Positions 39,097 to 49,315 of a stretch of 64,000 nt of DNA are shown here, piece after piece. A model generated the notes under the pieces. It was not told the DNA's origin and did no database searches. It was given only the letters and a program-made list of their open reading frames with translations. How positions within the stretch are numbered: the stretch's first letter is position 1; every line of letters begins with the position of its first letter. The position numbers and the translations under genes were made by a program. The stretch comes from Planctomycetota bacterium (lineage in GTDB: Bacteria; Planctomycetota; JAJSAM01; JAJVHW01): assembly GCA_965248445.1 (NCBI GenBank), contig CBDFJG010000003.1, positions 1,216,001 through 1,280,000 on the forward strand. The letters run 5' to 3'.

Positions 39097-39388
39097 CTGA
39101 ATTCCTCCCAGCGGCGCAGCCGATTCGGCAGCCGTGTATGACCAAACTGCCCTCGCGGATGACCCGCGAGAGCGGAGAGCAGATCACGGGTACCCAACGA
39201 AGGTCTCTTCCGGACATGCCCCGCCCGGCCGGACCGATGGCCCCGCAGGCAGCAAAGGTAGCTCCGGCTTTTCGGCACGGTCAACGAAAAAGGTCATCTG
39301 CGCTAGAGGGCGCAGGGGGGGGCCAAGTCACGATATGACAGGCACTTCCGCGCACAACGGGGATCCAGGGCGAAAGACCAGGCCGAGG

Positions 39389-39417
39389 TTGACACCGTAG
39401 CGCCCCGAGCCTAGGGT
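39389..39417 (+). promoter_or_regulatory. Sigma70-type promoter for coaE-rho
   Basis: TTGACA (39389-39394), 17-nt spacer, TAGGGT (39412-39417). Confidence 0.7.
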
Positions 39418-39622
39418 CACAGGCTGCGGAGGAGACCCCTCCTCCCTGCCGCTCCCTAAGGCTGTCTCGATGGGGAGCGGCCCCTCGCGCACGCCGCGGC
39501 CCCGATCCCACTCGTGCCGGCTCGACCCGGCAGCCGGATCGGCGCAGCGGGCATCTCGTGCGGGGAGCACCCCCCACCGCCGAATTCCACCGCCGCGGCC
39601 CCTCTGGACCGCCCGGAGACGC

Positions 39623-40288
39623 ATGCCCGAGAGCACTCACGATGCGCGACCACAGCCGCCCGTGATCGGACTGACCGGTCCGGTCGCTGCCGGGAAGTCC
39701 ACGGCCGCGCGCCTGCTCGCCGCCGCGGAGTGCCACGTGATCGACGTGGACGCACTCGGACACCTCGCCCTCGGCCACCCCGAGGTCGTCGCGGCCGTGC
39801 GCCGGCTGTTCGGCGACGCGGTGGTCGGTCCGGATGGACGGCTGGAACACGCGGCCGTGGCCGCCCGCGTGTTCGAGGACGACGAGGCACTGCGCGAACT
39901 CGAGGCGATCGTGCACCCGAGGGTGCGCGAGGATCTGGCCGACGCGCTCTCCCATGCGCTGGCGCGACGGCCGCGAGCCGTCGTGATCGACGCGGCCCTC
40001 CTGTTCGAGGGCGGGCTGGACGATCTCTGTGACGAGACCGTCTGCGTGGATGCGCCGGCCACGCTGCGGCGGACGAGGGCCCGGACGGGCCGGGGCTGGA
40101 GCGACGACGAGGTGGAGCGCCGCGAGGCGCAGCAGCTCGCCGCCGACGAGAAGCGGAGCCGCGCGTCGCGCGTGCTCGAGAACGACGGCGACCTCGCTGC
40201 ATTGCAGCGTGCCGTCCAGGACGTGTTGCGTGAGATCGCGCCACTGCCGGTTGCGGCCGTGCGCGGCGACGCGGAGGATGATCGATGA
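39623..40288 (+). CDS. coaE: Dephospho-CoA kinase
   Basis: [36 protein letters not shown]. Confidence 0.93.
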   Translation: MPESTHDARPQPPVIGLTGPVAAGKSTAARLLAAAECHVIDVDALGHLALGHPEVVAAVRRLFGDAVVGPDGRLEHAAVAARVFEDDEALRELEAIVHPRVREDLADALSHALARRPRAVVIDAALLFEGGLDDLCDETVCVDAPATLRRTRARTGRGWSDDEVERREAQQLAADEKRSRASRVLENDGDLAALQRAVQDVLREIAPLPVAAVRGDAEDDR

Positions 40289-41925
40289 GTGACCGGGCGA
40301 AGAAGCCGACCAGGAAGCGGACGGGCAGCGGGCGCAGGCCGTCGGGACGACGCCGCGCGCCGGCGGGCGACAAGGAGGCCGGCGGCAGCGAGTTCGGGGC
40401 CGACCTCGACGTCGCGTCGTCGCGCGACGACGCGCCCGACGGTGACCGCGGCACGGAATCCGAAGAGCCGGCCGCCCGGGCAGACGACGCCCGCGTCGCA
40501 GTCGCCGCAGGAGCGGCGCAGCCCGCACCGAGCGAGGAAGAGGGCGGCGGCCGCCGTCGGCAGCCCGCGCGACGCCGCGGCCGGCGCGGCAAACGGCATC
40601 AGTACGAGGGACTGCCATCGGACGACGACGAGTCGGAGTGGGCGGACTACGAGCCGAACACCGATCGCCCGGCCCTCAACATCGGTGACCTGCAGCGCCT
40701 GCCCATGGCGGATGTCCACCGCAAGGCCGTCGCCGAGGGCATCGAGGACTTCCACGGCCTGAAGAAGCAGGAGCTGATCTTCCGCATCCTGCGCCACAAG
40801 ATCGCGCAACGCGACCTCGTCTACGGCGAGGGCGTCCTCGAGGTTCTCCCCGACGGGTTCGGGTTCCTCCGCTCGCCCTGGTACAGCTACACGGCAGCGC
40901 CGGACGACATCTACGTCTCGCCGTCGCAGATCCGGCGCTTCAACCTCTGCACCGGACAGCAGGTGATGGGACCGATCCGGCCCCCCAAGTCCAACGAGCG
41001 CTACTTCGCCCTGTTGCGCGTCGAGAAGATCGACGACCACGCGCACGATGAGCTCCCGCAACGCGTCGTGTTCGACGACTTCGTGCCGCTCTATCCGGAG
41101 CAGCGGCTGATCATGGAGACCATCCCCACGGGTATGGAGATGCGCGTGATGGACATCATCACGCCCATCGGAAAGGGGCAGCGCGGCCTCATCGTCTCAC
41201 CGCCCCGCGCGGGCAAGACGATCATCCTCCAGAAGATCGCCGACTCGATCGCGACGAACCACCCGGAGTGTCACCTCATCGTGCTGCTCATCGACGAGCG
41301 CCCCGAAGAAGTGACCGACATGTCGCGGAGCGTGAAGGGCGAGGTCGTCTCGTCGACGTTCGACGAGCCCGCGTCGCGCCACGTGCAAGTGATGGAGATG
41401 GTGCTCCAGCGCGCGAAGCGACTCGTCGAGTACGGCAAGGACGTCGTGATCCTGCTCGACTCGATCACACGCCTGGCGCGCGCCTACAACACCGAGGTCC
41501 CCCACTCGGGCAAGATCCTGTCGGGCGGCGTCGATGCCAACGCGCTGCAACGGCCGAAGCGCTTCTTCGGCGCGGCGCGCAACTGCGAGGACGGCGGCTC
41601 CCTGACGATCCTCGGCACCGCCCTCATCGAGACGGGCTCGCGCATGGACGAGGTCATCTACGAGGAGTTCAAGGGCACCGGCAACATGGAGTTGCACCTC
41701 GAGCGGAAGCTCGCGGACAAGCGCATCTTCCCGGCCATCGACATCACGCGGTCGGGCACGCGCAAGGAAGAGCTCCTGCTGGACCCGGACGAGCTCAAGC
41801 GCGTCTGGATTCTCCGCAAGGTGCTGAACGACATGAACCCGGGCGACGCGATGGAACTCCTCAAGGAGAAGATCGGGAAGACCAACTCGAACCCGGAGTT
41901 CCTGTTCGCGCTGAATCTCGCTTAG
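40285..41925 (+). CDS. rho: Transcription termination factor Rho with charged N-terminal extension
   Basis: [61 protein letters not shown]. Confidence 0.98.
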   Translation: MSDRAKKPTRKRTGSGRRPSGRRRAPAGDKEAGGSEFGADLDVASSRDDAPDGDRGTESEEPAARADDARVAVAAGAAQPAPSEEEGGGRRRQPARRRGRRGKRHQYEGLPSDDDESEWADYEPNTDRPALNIGDLQRLPMADVHRKAVAEGIEDFHGLKKQELIFRILRHKIAQRDLVYGEGVLEVLPDGFGFLRSPWYSYTAAPDDIYVSPSQIRRFNLCTGQQVMGPIRPPKSNERYFALLRVEKIDDHAHDELPQRVVFDDFVPLYPEQRLIMETIPTGMEMRVMDIITPIGKGQRGLIVSPPRAGKTIILQKIADSIATNHPECHLIVLLIDERPEEVTDMSRSVKGEVVSSTFDEPASRHVQVMEMVLQRAKRLVEYGKDVVILLDSITRLARAYNTEVPHSGKILSGGVDANALQRPKRFFGAARNCEDGGSLTILGTALIETGSRMDEVIYEEFKGTGNMELHLERKLADKRIFPAIDITRSGTRKEELLLDPDELKRVWILRKVLNDMNPGDAMELLKEKIGKTNSNPEFLFALNLA

Positions 41926-41935
41926 CCCGGCACTC

Positions 41936-42235
41936 GGATCGCGTAGCGATCCTCGCGCCGTGCAGCGAGATTGTGTCTCCCTCCTACGCGGTCTCCGACC
42001 GCTACGGAGGGCGTCGGTCACGGCGCGTGCTTCGCACGCCCCGCGCCCTCGCTATTCACGCGACGAGGACGAACCCACTACACGGGCGGGCCGCTGCGCC
42101 CCGCCCGCGACCGTGTGGAGATCGACGCAGAGCAGGAGGCCGCGCCCCGTCCGTAGCGTCCGGAGGACGCGTAGGAGGGAGACAACATCGCGCCGTCAGG
42201 CGCGCGGTCGTGGCGCGTGGATCGCAGCGCGATCC
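41936..42235. repeat. Mosaic palindromic intergenic element: inverted pair of REP-like units (41972-42010, 42148-42184) flanked by two GGATCGC-nnn-GCGATCC hairpins
   Basis: Read directly from sequence; lies between convergent rho and peptidase genes. Confidence 0.75.
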
Positions 42236-42249
42236 TCGTGACGCGACCG

Positions 42250-42274
42250 AGGTGGCACGCTCTGCGTGCCACCT
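42250..42274 (-). terminator. 11-bp hairpin at the stop of the minus-strand gene
   Basis: AGGTGGCACGC-TCT-GCGTGCCACCT. Confidence 0.55.
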
Positions 42275-43985
42275 ACTTCGAGTAGGTGTCGCGCGCGTCA
42301 TGGACCGCTTCCGCTTCGCGGCCGACGCGGAACAGGTCCTCGGCTGACTCAGCGGGGCCGGAGAGCACGACGACGACGCGCAGGCCGGAGACGTCGACGC
42401 CCGACACGGCGCCGTCCTCGCCGGTGAACCGGATCGACTTGCTGGATGCGTCCGACTTCTGACCCGTGACCCGCTTCCCGAGCAGGCCGCCATAGACCTT
42501 CGCGAACTCCATGGCGTCGTCGGCGGAGTCCCACATCGACGTCCAGACCACGCAGACGCGGTCGTTCGCACGATCGATCGACGCGACGTAGCGGTCGCCA
42601 TCCCAGCCTTCCACCGCCGACTTCATCGGCGCCTTGAAGCCGACGCCCTGCGTCTGCATGTCCATCATCGCCATCACCGACGGGATGCCCGTGTGGCCCC
42701 AGCGCAGCGACGTCAAGAGCAGGCCGGTGAAGAGTTCGCCCATGATGTCGTCGTCGAGAACTTCCCACCCGTCCCCGAGCACTCCGCCGACATCGGCGGC
42801 CGCGACGGCGTGCGGATAGTCCACGCCGTGGCGCTCGGGATGCAGCACCTGCTCCGTCGAGACCGGAGGGTTGGCGAAGACCGCGTCCACGGCGGATCCG
42901 CTCGTGGCGTCGATCTTCCGCAGATACGCGGAACCGTTCTTGTACGGATAGAAACCCATCGCCGCGATCAGGAACGCCGGCACCTGCACCATCATGCGCA
43001 TCTGCCGCTGCAGCAGTTCCGGGTTGTTCTTCTGCGCGGCCGTCATGGCCTCGACATCTTCCGGGTGCAGCTTGTGGTACTTGTCCTGGAACAGGTCCGC
43101 GGATCCCTCGATGAGCGCCTTGACGCCCATGCCGCCGTCCGAGTTCTCCTCGAACGCCTGCTGCATGAGATCGAGTCCGAAATGCTGGTCCTCGAGCGCA
43201 TGCACGAGTTCGTGGAACACGATCGGACGGTCGCCGGCGTCGTTCTTGCCTTCGATGAGATAGAAGGTCCCGGTGTCCGGTTTGTAGAACGCCGCGGCGC
43301 CCCCTTCGAGGAACTGCAGGAAGATGTCGTAGAGGTTCGTGCCCTTCGCAATCATGCCGAACTCGGACATGACGCGGACCATCGTCTCGGCCTCTTCCGG
43401 CGGCAGCTCGCGCTCCATGTCGCGCCGCAGGAACTTCGACACGTCCTCGCGGGCGATCAGTCGGCGCATGAACGGCCGCTTCCACTCCAGGCCTCGCAGT
43501 TCCTGCACCTCCTCGGCCATCGCGTCCGTCACCTCGCGCAGGTTCTGCAGCCGCGGGTCGTGCTGCTCGGCGATCGGCAACAGCTCATTGACCCAGTCGA
43601 TCAACTCGTCGCGGTGGCTCGCGACCTTGCCCTTGCGCTTCTCGAGCAGCTCGACCTGCTTCTCGAGCGCGCGGAACTTCTGACGTGTCTCCTTCGAACC
43701 GCTCTGGGCGGCGGCGAGCCTCTGCTCCGCCTCGTCCGCGTCGTCCCGTGCGGCCAGCACGGCCCGCCTCGTCGTCTCGATCTCACTGAGGCCGTCATGC
43801 ACCTTGGCGTTGAGGGCCGCGATCTTCTCGCTCTGGCGCGCCTTTTCTCCGTCCGCGCGATCAAGCTGCGCGGTGAGCGACTTCTGCTCTTCCTCAAGCC
43901 GCTTCAGCCGAGCGGCGTCACAGCCGGGGATCGTCAGAAGCGACGCGATGACAAGAGTCGTGAGAGCGAGCGGACGACGGTGCAT
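42273..43985 (-). CDS. Putative lipoprotein: N-terminal coiled coil plus HExxH zinc-metallopeptidase-like domain
   Basis: Signal ending IPG-C, heptad region, AAFY.P, HELVHALEDQHF...ALIEGSA, YPY..G, PP.STEQVLHPE, GWDGDRY. Confidence 0.72.
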   Translation of the reverse strand: MHRRPLALTTLVIASLLTIPGCDAARLKRLEEEQKSLTAQLDRADGEKARQSEKIAALNAKVHDGLSEIETTRRAVLAARDDADEAEQRLAAAQSGSKETRQKFRALEKQVELLEKRKGKVASHRDELIDWVNELLPIAEQHDPRLQNLREVTDAMAEEVQELRGLEWKRPFMRRLIAREDVSKFLRRDMERELPPEEAETMVRVMSEFGMIAKGTNLYDIFLQFLEGGAAAFYKPDTGTFYLIEGKNDAGDRPIVFHELVHALEDQHFGLDLMQQAFEENSDGGMGVKALIEGSADLFQDKYHKLHPEDVEAMTAAQKNNPELLQRQMRMMVQVPAFLIAAMGFYPYKNGSAYLRKIDATSGSAVDAVFANPPVSTEQVLHPERHGVDYPHAVAAADVGGVLGDGWEVLDDDIMGELFTGLLLTSLRWGHTGIPSVMAMMDMQTQGVGFKAPMKSAVEGWDGDRYVASIDRANDRVCVVWTSMWDSADDAMEFAKVYGGLLGKRVTGQKSDASSKSIRFTGEDGAVSGVDVSGLRVVVVLSGPAESAEDLFRVGREAEAVHDARDTYSK

Positions 43986-44077
43986 GGCTTTCTCCGGGGT
44001 TCGAACGTCGGCGTCACGGTACTCGACGGAGCCACGAATTCTCGGACGGCGCACCACCGGGTCACGTACCCGACGAC

Positions 44078-44713
44078 CTACTCCGGAGGGTCGGCCGGCC
44101 CGGTCAGTTCCGCGGCGAGGACGCGGTGCCAACGCTGCTCCCATACCGTCACGCGGCGCACGTACGCGCGGGTCTCGGCGATCCGGATCCAGCTCACCAG
44201 GTCCTCGTAGCCTACGGGTGGCGGTGCGGCGGCGGTCCACTTCGAGACGTTGCCCTGGCCGGCGTTGTACGCGGCGAGCGCCAGCTCACGGACGCGGGGG
44301 TGCGACGCGTACCGGCGCCGCGCGCGCGCAAGGTAGCGCGAGCCGAGCCGCAGCGACGTGGTCGGATCCGTCCGGTCGGGCGGCGGCTCACGCCGCAGCG
44401 TCGCCATCTCTTCGGCGGTGGCGGGCATGAGTTGCATCAGCCCGACCGCACCCGCAGGGGAACGCGCCGTCGCGATACCCGAGCTCTCGACGCTCGCCAC
44501 GGCGAGGACGAGCGGCAGCGGCACGCCCTCGGCGGCCGCGCTCTCCCGAGCTTGCGGGACGAACTCGGAGAGGCGGTTGATGATCGTCTCGGGCGTGGCG
44601 ATCTCGCCGCGAGCGCGCACGACCACCGCGATGGTAAGGATGAGAGCGGGCGCAAGGAAGAAGAGGAGCGCTGGCGCCAGCCCCGGCGCTGCGACGGACG
44701 ACCCGCGGCTCAA
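44078..44713 (-). CDS. Membrane-anchored lytic transglycosylase (SLT domain)
   Basis: VESSG, S.AGAVGLMQLMPATA, LAAYNAG.GNV, ETRAYV; TTGA overlap with upstream gene. Confidence 0.9.
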   Translation of the reverse strand: MSRGSSVAAPGLAPALLFFLAPALILTIAVVVRARGEIATPETIINRLSEFVPQARESAAAEGVPLPLVLAVASVESSGIATARSPAGAVGLMQLMPATAEEMATLRREPPPDRTDPTTSLRLGSRYLARARRRYASHPRVRELALAAYNAGQGNVSKWTAAAPPPVGYEDLVSWIRIAETRAYVRRVTVWEQRWHRVLAAELTGPADPPE

Positions 44714-47700
44714 CGTTCGCCGCGCAGCTCGGTGACGACGCGCTTCCACGCCGACGCCATGCGCCGCGCTTCGCGATCGGACGTCCAGGGTTCCTGGTCG
44801 CCGACGTTCCGACCGGTCAGGTCGCGCAACGCGAGATCGCACGCACGACGGACCGACCAGCGCTCCGATGCGAGCCCTTCGAGCAGGACGGGGATCGCTT
44901 CGCGGCCGGCGCGACCGGCCTCCCAGTCGTCGAGGATCTCGTGCTGGATGTCCTCGGCGCGCAGCGCGTCGGCCAGCCAGCCGCGCGGTCCACGGTCACC
45001 CGACAACTCCCACCAGCCCTCGTAGAGCGACGCCAGCAAGTCCGTGTCACTCTGGTTGAACGTCTCGAGGGACAGCGACTCCAGGGCGCGCACGACGCGT
45101 GTCGTGCGGCGTCCCTTGCGGAGCATCTCGAGCAGCCGCGGGACCGACCCCTCGTCGCGCCAGTCGGCCAGCGCCAGCGCGGCGGCGTCGCCCACCAGCG
45201 CGGACGGGTCGTCGACCATGCGGCGCAGATCCTCGGAGGCCTCGCTGCCGCGCAACTGGGCCAAACTCGTCAACGCACGTGCGCGGGGCCCTTCGGGCTG
45301 CGCGGGATCCACAGCGAGCTGGCGCAGAGCGTCTGCAGCGCGGCGCGTGCCGACGCGTCGAATCGCGGACGACGCGACCTCGCGCACCAGGGCGGAGGGA
45401 TCGCCGCTCATCGCGAACACGATCGCGGAGAGACCCTCGGGCTCGCCGCACTCGGCGAACGCGTCGATCGCCGCGACGCGCAGGCGCGGCAGGTCACTGG
45501 CGAACGCGCCCATGATCACAGGCAGCGCTTGCTTGCCGCCGAGGTGACCGAGCGCGTCGATCGCGGGGATGCGGAGCTCGCCCGGCTGTCCTGCGAGTTC
45601 CTGCAACTGTGTCCGCGCTTCCTCGACCCGCAGTCGACCGAGTGCACGCACGGCCTCAGCGCGCACGTCTTCGTGCGAGTCCTCGAGCTTGGCGAACGCA
45701 GCGGTCGCGCCGTCGCCCTTCAGCACGCCTGCACGCAGAGAGGCCGTGGCGGCCACGCGAACTTCATGACGCTCGTGCTTCAGGCCCGCCACGAGCTGTT
45801 CGTCGCTCGCGCTCTGGTAGACCAGCAGCAGGAGTTCGTCGCGGTGCACCGACGGACGCGAGAGAACAAAGTCGATCAGCAACGGCTGCGCTTCGGGCTT
45901 TCGCGAACTCGCGAGCACTCGCACGATCCCACGTGCCACGTCGTCCGCATCGTCGCGCAGACCGAGCAGCGCGAGCAGGCGATCCGTGTGACGGTTCTGG
46001 ATCGCGCCGCCGAGATCGGCCATCTCCGTGAGGCGGTTCAGGGACGAGATGAGGAAGTCGTCGCCTCGCGCCATGTCCAGCGAGTCGATGATCAGGGCGG
46101 CCAATGCGGCCTCGCGCTCGGCGGGCTCGCGCTCGGCGGAGAATGCGGGCGACATCGCCTCGACGAACGCATCGGGATCGACGGCGGACGGGCGGTAGCG
46201 CTGCCAGCCGTGCCGGGCGCGCAGCGCCGCAACCGTCGCGATCAACTCGTCGCCGCTGTCGCCGAGTTCGTCGACGTACAGGCCGATGCGCCGTTCGCGG
46301 TTGCCCGTGCGGACGCCGACCTGCAGCGGTGCACGCCGGGGCGCGCCGCGTGTGCCGCGTTCGGCGTCGCGCAGAACGCCGGAGTCGTTGAGGAGCCGAG
46401 CGAGCGTCGCGGCCTCGGACGCGTCGATCACGATCGAGAGGTCACCGGGCAGCACCGAACGGAGCGCACTCCCGGAGGCCGCCATCACCGTGGTCTCGCC
46501 CCCTGGCGCGTCGTCGCCGCCGATGGAGAGAACCATCTGGCCGGCTGCTTCCGCCGGCACACCGGCGAGGACGCGGTGCGCCTCGAAGCCGCCGCTGTGC
46601 TGCTGCCACCACGTTGCCCACTCTCGCGCTCCGCCGAGCGAGTAGTTGCCCGACAGACGTCGCAGGCGCGTGACGATGAGCGGGCCGAGCACCTTCATGT
46701 CCGGCCAGAACTCCGGATCGACGTACGCGTCGAGAAGTCCGGGCAGGACACGTTTGTCCAGCGCCGACTCGAGCGACTCGACCTCGTGGAAGTACCCCGC
46801 GTCGGCGAGCGCCAGCGCGGCGGCGGCGCGGTTCAGACGCTCGAGGTGGTCGAGTCCTCGACCACCGAGCAGCGCGCGTACGTCCGACGGCCGCAACAGG
46901 TACTGGCCCGTTCGCTCCGCCCGCATGCTGATGCCCACGAACGCGTACCCCATCTGGCGATCCAGTGGGGAGATCGCCGCGCGACGAAGCATGGCGAGAG
47001 CCTCGTCGGAGTCGTCCGCGGAGAGCGATTGTGCCGCTGCGAAACAGACCGTCGGGTGCTTGTCCCGCAGCGCCGCCGCGAAGTCGGCGCGGGCGTTCTC
47101 GGCGTCGGCCTCCCGCATCAGCTCGAGTGACGCCGCGCGCGCGGCCGTGCCGCCGATCTCGAAGATCTCCCGAAGTCCGTCGAGATCCGCTGCGTCGACG
47201 CGCTTCTTCAGACGCTCGCCGGCTTCTTCGACGACGGCCGACGCGGGGTGCAGCAGATGCGCCGTCAGCCGCGCTTTCGCGCCGATCGGATCGATCTTCA
47301 CGAGCGCGTTGAGCAACTCGGACGCATGCTGGAACATCTTCCGGTCCTGGATCTTCGACTCGATGAGCTCCAGCGCGCGCAGGTCGCCGATGCGGCCGAG
47401 CGTGGCCGCAGCTCCGGAGATCATGCGCCAGTCGTGTCCGCGTTCGAGCATCGTGCGTTCGAGGAGCGGCAGAGCAACGCTGGGTTGCGCGGCGAGACGG
47501 ATCGAAGCTTGCCGCGCATCAGCGGAGGGCCACTCGGCGAGTTGACGCACGAGCAGTTCCGGCTCGTTGCGCTTCGGCAACTCCGGCGCGTCGTCGCCGC
47601 CGCCGACGTCACCGCCGTCGTCCCGTTCGTCATCGCCGAGGTCACCGAACCTGACGCGCGAACGGCCGGGCTTCCGGCGGCCGGGACGGCGCAGACCGGG

Positions 47701-47937
47701 TTCCTTGTCGCGCGGCGGATCGCCGGTGTCCTGGGCCAGCGCTTCGGGTGCCGTCAGTGGCAACTCCCCGAACACCAGGCCTGCGAACAGCAGCGCCACG
47801 GTCACCACGCCGGTCGCGGGGGCACGCAAGGTGAGCGGTCTGAACAGACCGCGAATCCGTCGCTCGTCGTGCATGCCCAACAGTCTCCTGATCACCGATG
47901 CCCCACTCTTGAACCGGCCCATCTCTTGAACCGGCAA
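44710..47937 (-). CDS. Large exported HEAT-repeat protein
   Basis: Signal-like segment ending ALAQD; many repeats (VRAEAVRALGRL, LRIPAIDALGHL, VREVASSAI); start codon uncertain. Confidence 0.8.
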   Translation of the reverse strand: MPVQEMGRFKSGASVIRRLLGMHDERRIRGLFRPLTLRAPATGVVTVALLFAGLVFGELPLTAPEALAQDTGDPPRDKEPGLRRPGRRKPGRSRVRFGDLGDDERDDGGDVGGGDDAPELPKRNEPELLVRQLAEWPSADARQASIRLAAQPSVALPLLERTMLERGHDWRMISGAAATLGRIGDLRALELIESKIQDRKMFQHASELLNALVKIDPIGAKARLTAHLLHPASAVVEEAGERLKKRVDAADLDGLREIFEIGGTAARAASLELMREADAENARADFAAALRDKHPTVCFAAAQSLSADDSDEALAMLRRAAISPLDRQMGYAFVGISMRAERTGQYLLRPSDVRALLGGRGLDHLERLNRAAAALALADAGYFHEVESLESALDKRVLPGLLDAYVDPEFWPDMKVLGPLIVTRLRRLSGNYSLGGAREWATWWQQHSGGFEAHRVLAGVPAEAAGQMVLSIGGDDAPGGETTVMAASGSALRSVLPGDLSIVIDASEAATLARLLNDSGVLRDAERGTRGAPRRAPLQVGVRTGNRERRIGLYVDELGDSGDELIATVAALRARHGWQRYRPSAVDPDAFVEAMSPAFSAEREPAEREAALAALIIDSLDMARGDDFLISSLNRLTEMADLGGAIQNRHTDRLLALLGLRDDADDVARGIVRVLASSRKPEAQPLLIDFVLSRPSVHRDELLLLVYQSASDEQLVAGLKHERHEVRVAATASLRAGVLKGDGATAAFAKLEDSHEDVRAEAVRALGRLRVEEARTQLQELAGQPGELRIPAIDALGHLGGKQALPVIMGAFASDLPRLRVAAIDAFAECGEPEGLSAIVFAMSGDPSALVREVASSAIRRVGTRRAADALRQLAVDPAQPEGPRARALTSLAQLRGSEASEDLRRMVDDPSALVGDAAALALADWRDEGSVPRLLEMLRKGRRTTRVVRALESLSLETFNQSDTDLLASLYEGWWELSGDRGPRGWLADALRAEDIQHEILDDWEAGRAGREAIPVLLEGLASERWSVRRACDLALRDLTGRNVGDQEPWTSDREARRMASAWKRVVTELRGER

Positions 47938-48060
47938 CGTGGACTTCCGGTCTCCTCCGGCGCGCTAAGGCGGCCCCGGGGGCGGACGAACCGCGCAGTC
48001 TACACTGGAGTTCCCCCGGTTCGGTGGACACCCGACCACTGAGGTTGGGAGGATGTCCAG

Positions 48061-48375
48061 ATGCCCAGATCGAGACCACCGTACGACGAGGAGTACAAGC
48101 GCCAGATCGTCGAGTTGCACCGCGCCGGCCGGAGCGTGATGAGCCTGTGCCGCGAGTTCGAGCCGACGGAGATGACGATCCGCAAGTGGATCAAGCAGGC
48201 CGCGCTGGACGCCGGAGAGCGTGACGACGGCTTGACCACCGCGGAGCGCGATGAGCTGCGCAAGCTCAGACGAGATGTGCGCCGGCTGCGCGAGGAGCGC
48301 GACATCTTGAAAAAAGCCGCGGCCTGGTTCGCTCGGGAGACGCGCTCGATCCCAGAGAAGGGTTCGGGTTCGTGA
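48061..48375 (+). CDS. IS3 transposase OrfA (HTH)
   Basis: YDEEYKRQIVEL...TIRKW...ERDILKKAAAWF. Confidence 0.92.
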   Translation: MPRSRPPYDEEYKRQIVELHRAGRSVMSLCREFEPTEMTIRKWIKQAALDAGERDDGLTTAERDELRKLRRDVRRLREERDILKKAAAWFARETRSIPEKGSGS

Positions 48376-49236
48376 GCGATCACCAGGCAGAGCACGACGT
48401 GGCCACCATGTGTCGGGTCCTCGGCGTCTCGAGGAGCGGGTACTACGCATCGCGCGGCCGTGCGCCCTCGAAGAGAGATCGCGAGGACGCTGCCCTGACC
48501 GAGCGCGTCCGCGAGATCCACGAGCGCTCTCGCCAGACGTACGGATCACCGCGCATCCATGCCGAGCTGCGCTACGAGGGCCTCCACATCGGTAGGAAGC
48601 GCGTCGAGCGCCTCATGCGCCAGGCTGGGATCGAGGGCGTGAGCCGCCGCAAGAGAGCCAAGACCACGAAGCGCTCGCAGCGTCAGGCGCCGGCCGCCGA
48701 CCTGGTCGATCGCGACTTCACGGCCGACGCACCCGATCAGCTCTGGGTGGCCGACATCACGTACGTGCCGACCTGGACGGGGTTCCTGTACCTGGCGGTC
48801 GTCCTCGACGTCTGGAGCCGCCGGATCGTCGGCTGGTCCATGGCCACGACGCTCCACACCAAGATCGTGCTGGACGCACTCGAGATGGCCGTGCGCCAGC
48901 GCCAGCCCCTCGGAGTCGTCCACCACTCCGACCAGGGCTGCCAGTACACGTCGCTCGCCTTCGGGCGGCGCTGCAGAGAAGCGGGCGTCAGGCCGTCCAT
49001 GGGATCGGTCGGAGACGCCTACGACAACGCCATGTGCGAGAGCTTCTTCGCCACGCTCGAGACCGAGTTGATCGACCGCACCAGCTTTTCGACCAAGTCC
49101 GCAGTCCGCAGCGCGGTTGGCGGTGTTCGACTTCATCGAGGGCTTCTACAATCCGCAGCGGCGACACTCCTCCATCGAGGACCTGTCGCCCATCGAGTTC
49201 GAGAGGCGGCGACGGCCGGAGGCCGCCGTATCATAG
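48372..49236 (+). pseudogene. IS3 transposase OrfB (DDE), frameshifted near the C-terminus by a 7-bp duplication
   Basis: WVADITY, HHSDQG, DNAMCESFF; the canonical tail ARLAVFDFIEGFYNPQRRHSSI is out of frame after GTCCGCA-GTCCGCA (49097-49110). Confidence 0.88.
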
Positions 49237-49315
49237 TCCCCGGGTGTCCACCGAACCGGGGGAACTCCACACCGCGCCAGATCGCCGGCTGCCCACATGG
49301 CCTACCTCGACCTAG

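Larger units (their letters stand above)
48006..49269 (+). mobile_element. IS3-family insertion sequence (1264 bp)
   Basis: Perfect 29-bp terminal IRs (48006-48034, 49241-49269; TG...CA), 3-bp CAC target duplication, orfA/orfB with A6G shift site at 48310-48316. Confidence 0.96.

Noticed and set aside
49273..49296. Short segment reading AAGDLAR on the minus strand as the continuation of the PspA gene
   Set aside because: Too short, no target duplication links it, and the flanking sequence beyond IS3 does not continue as a PspA-like coiled coil.
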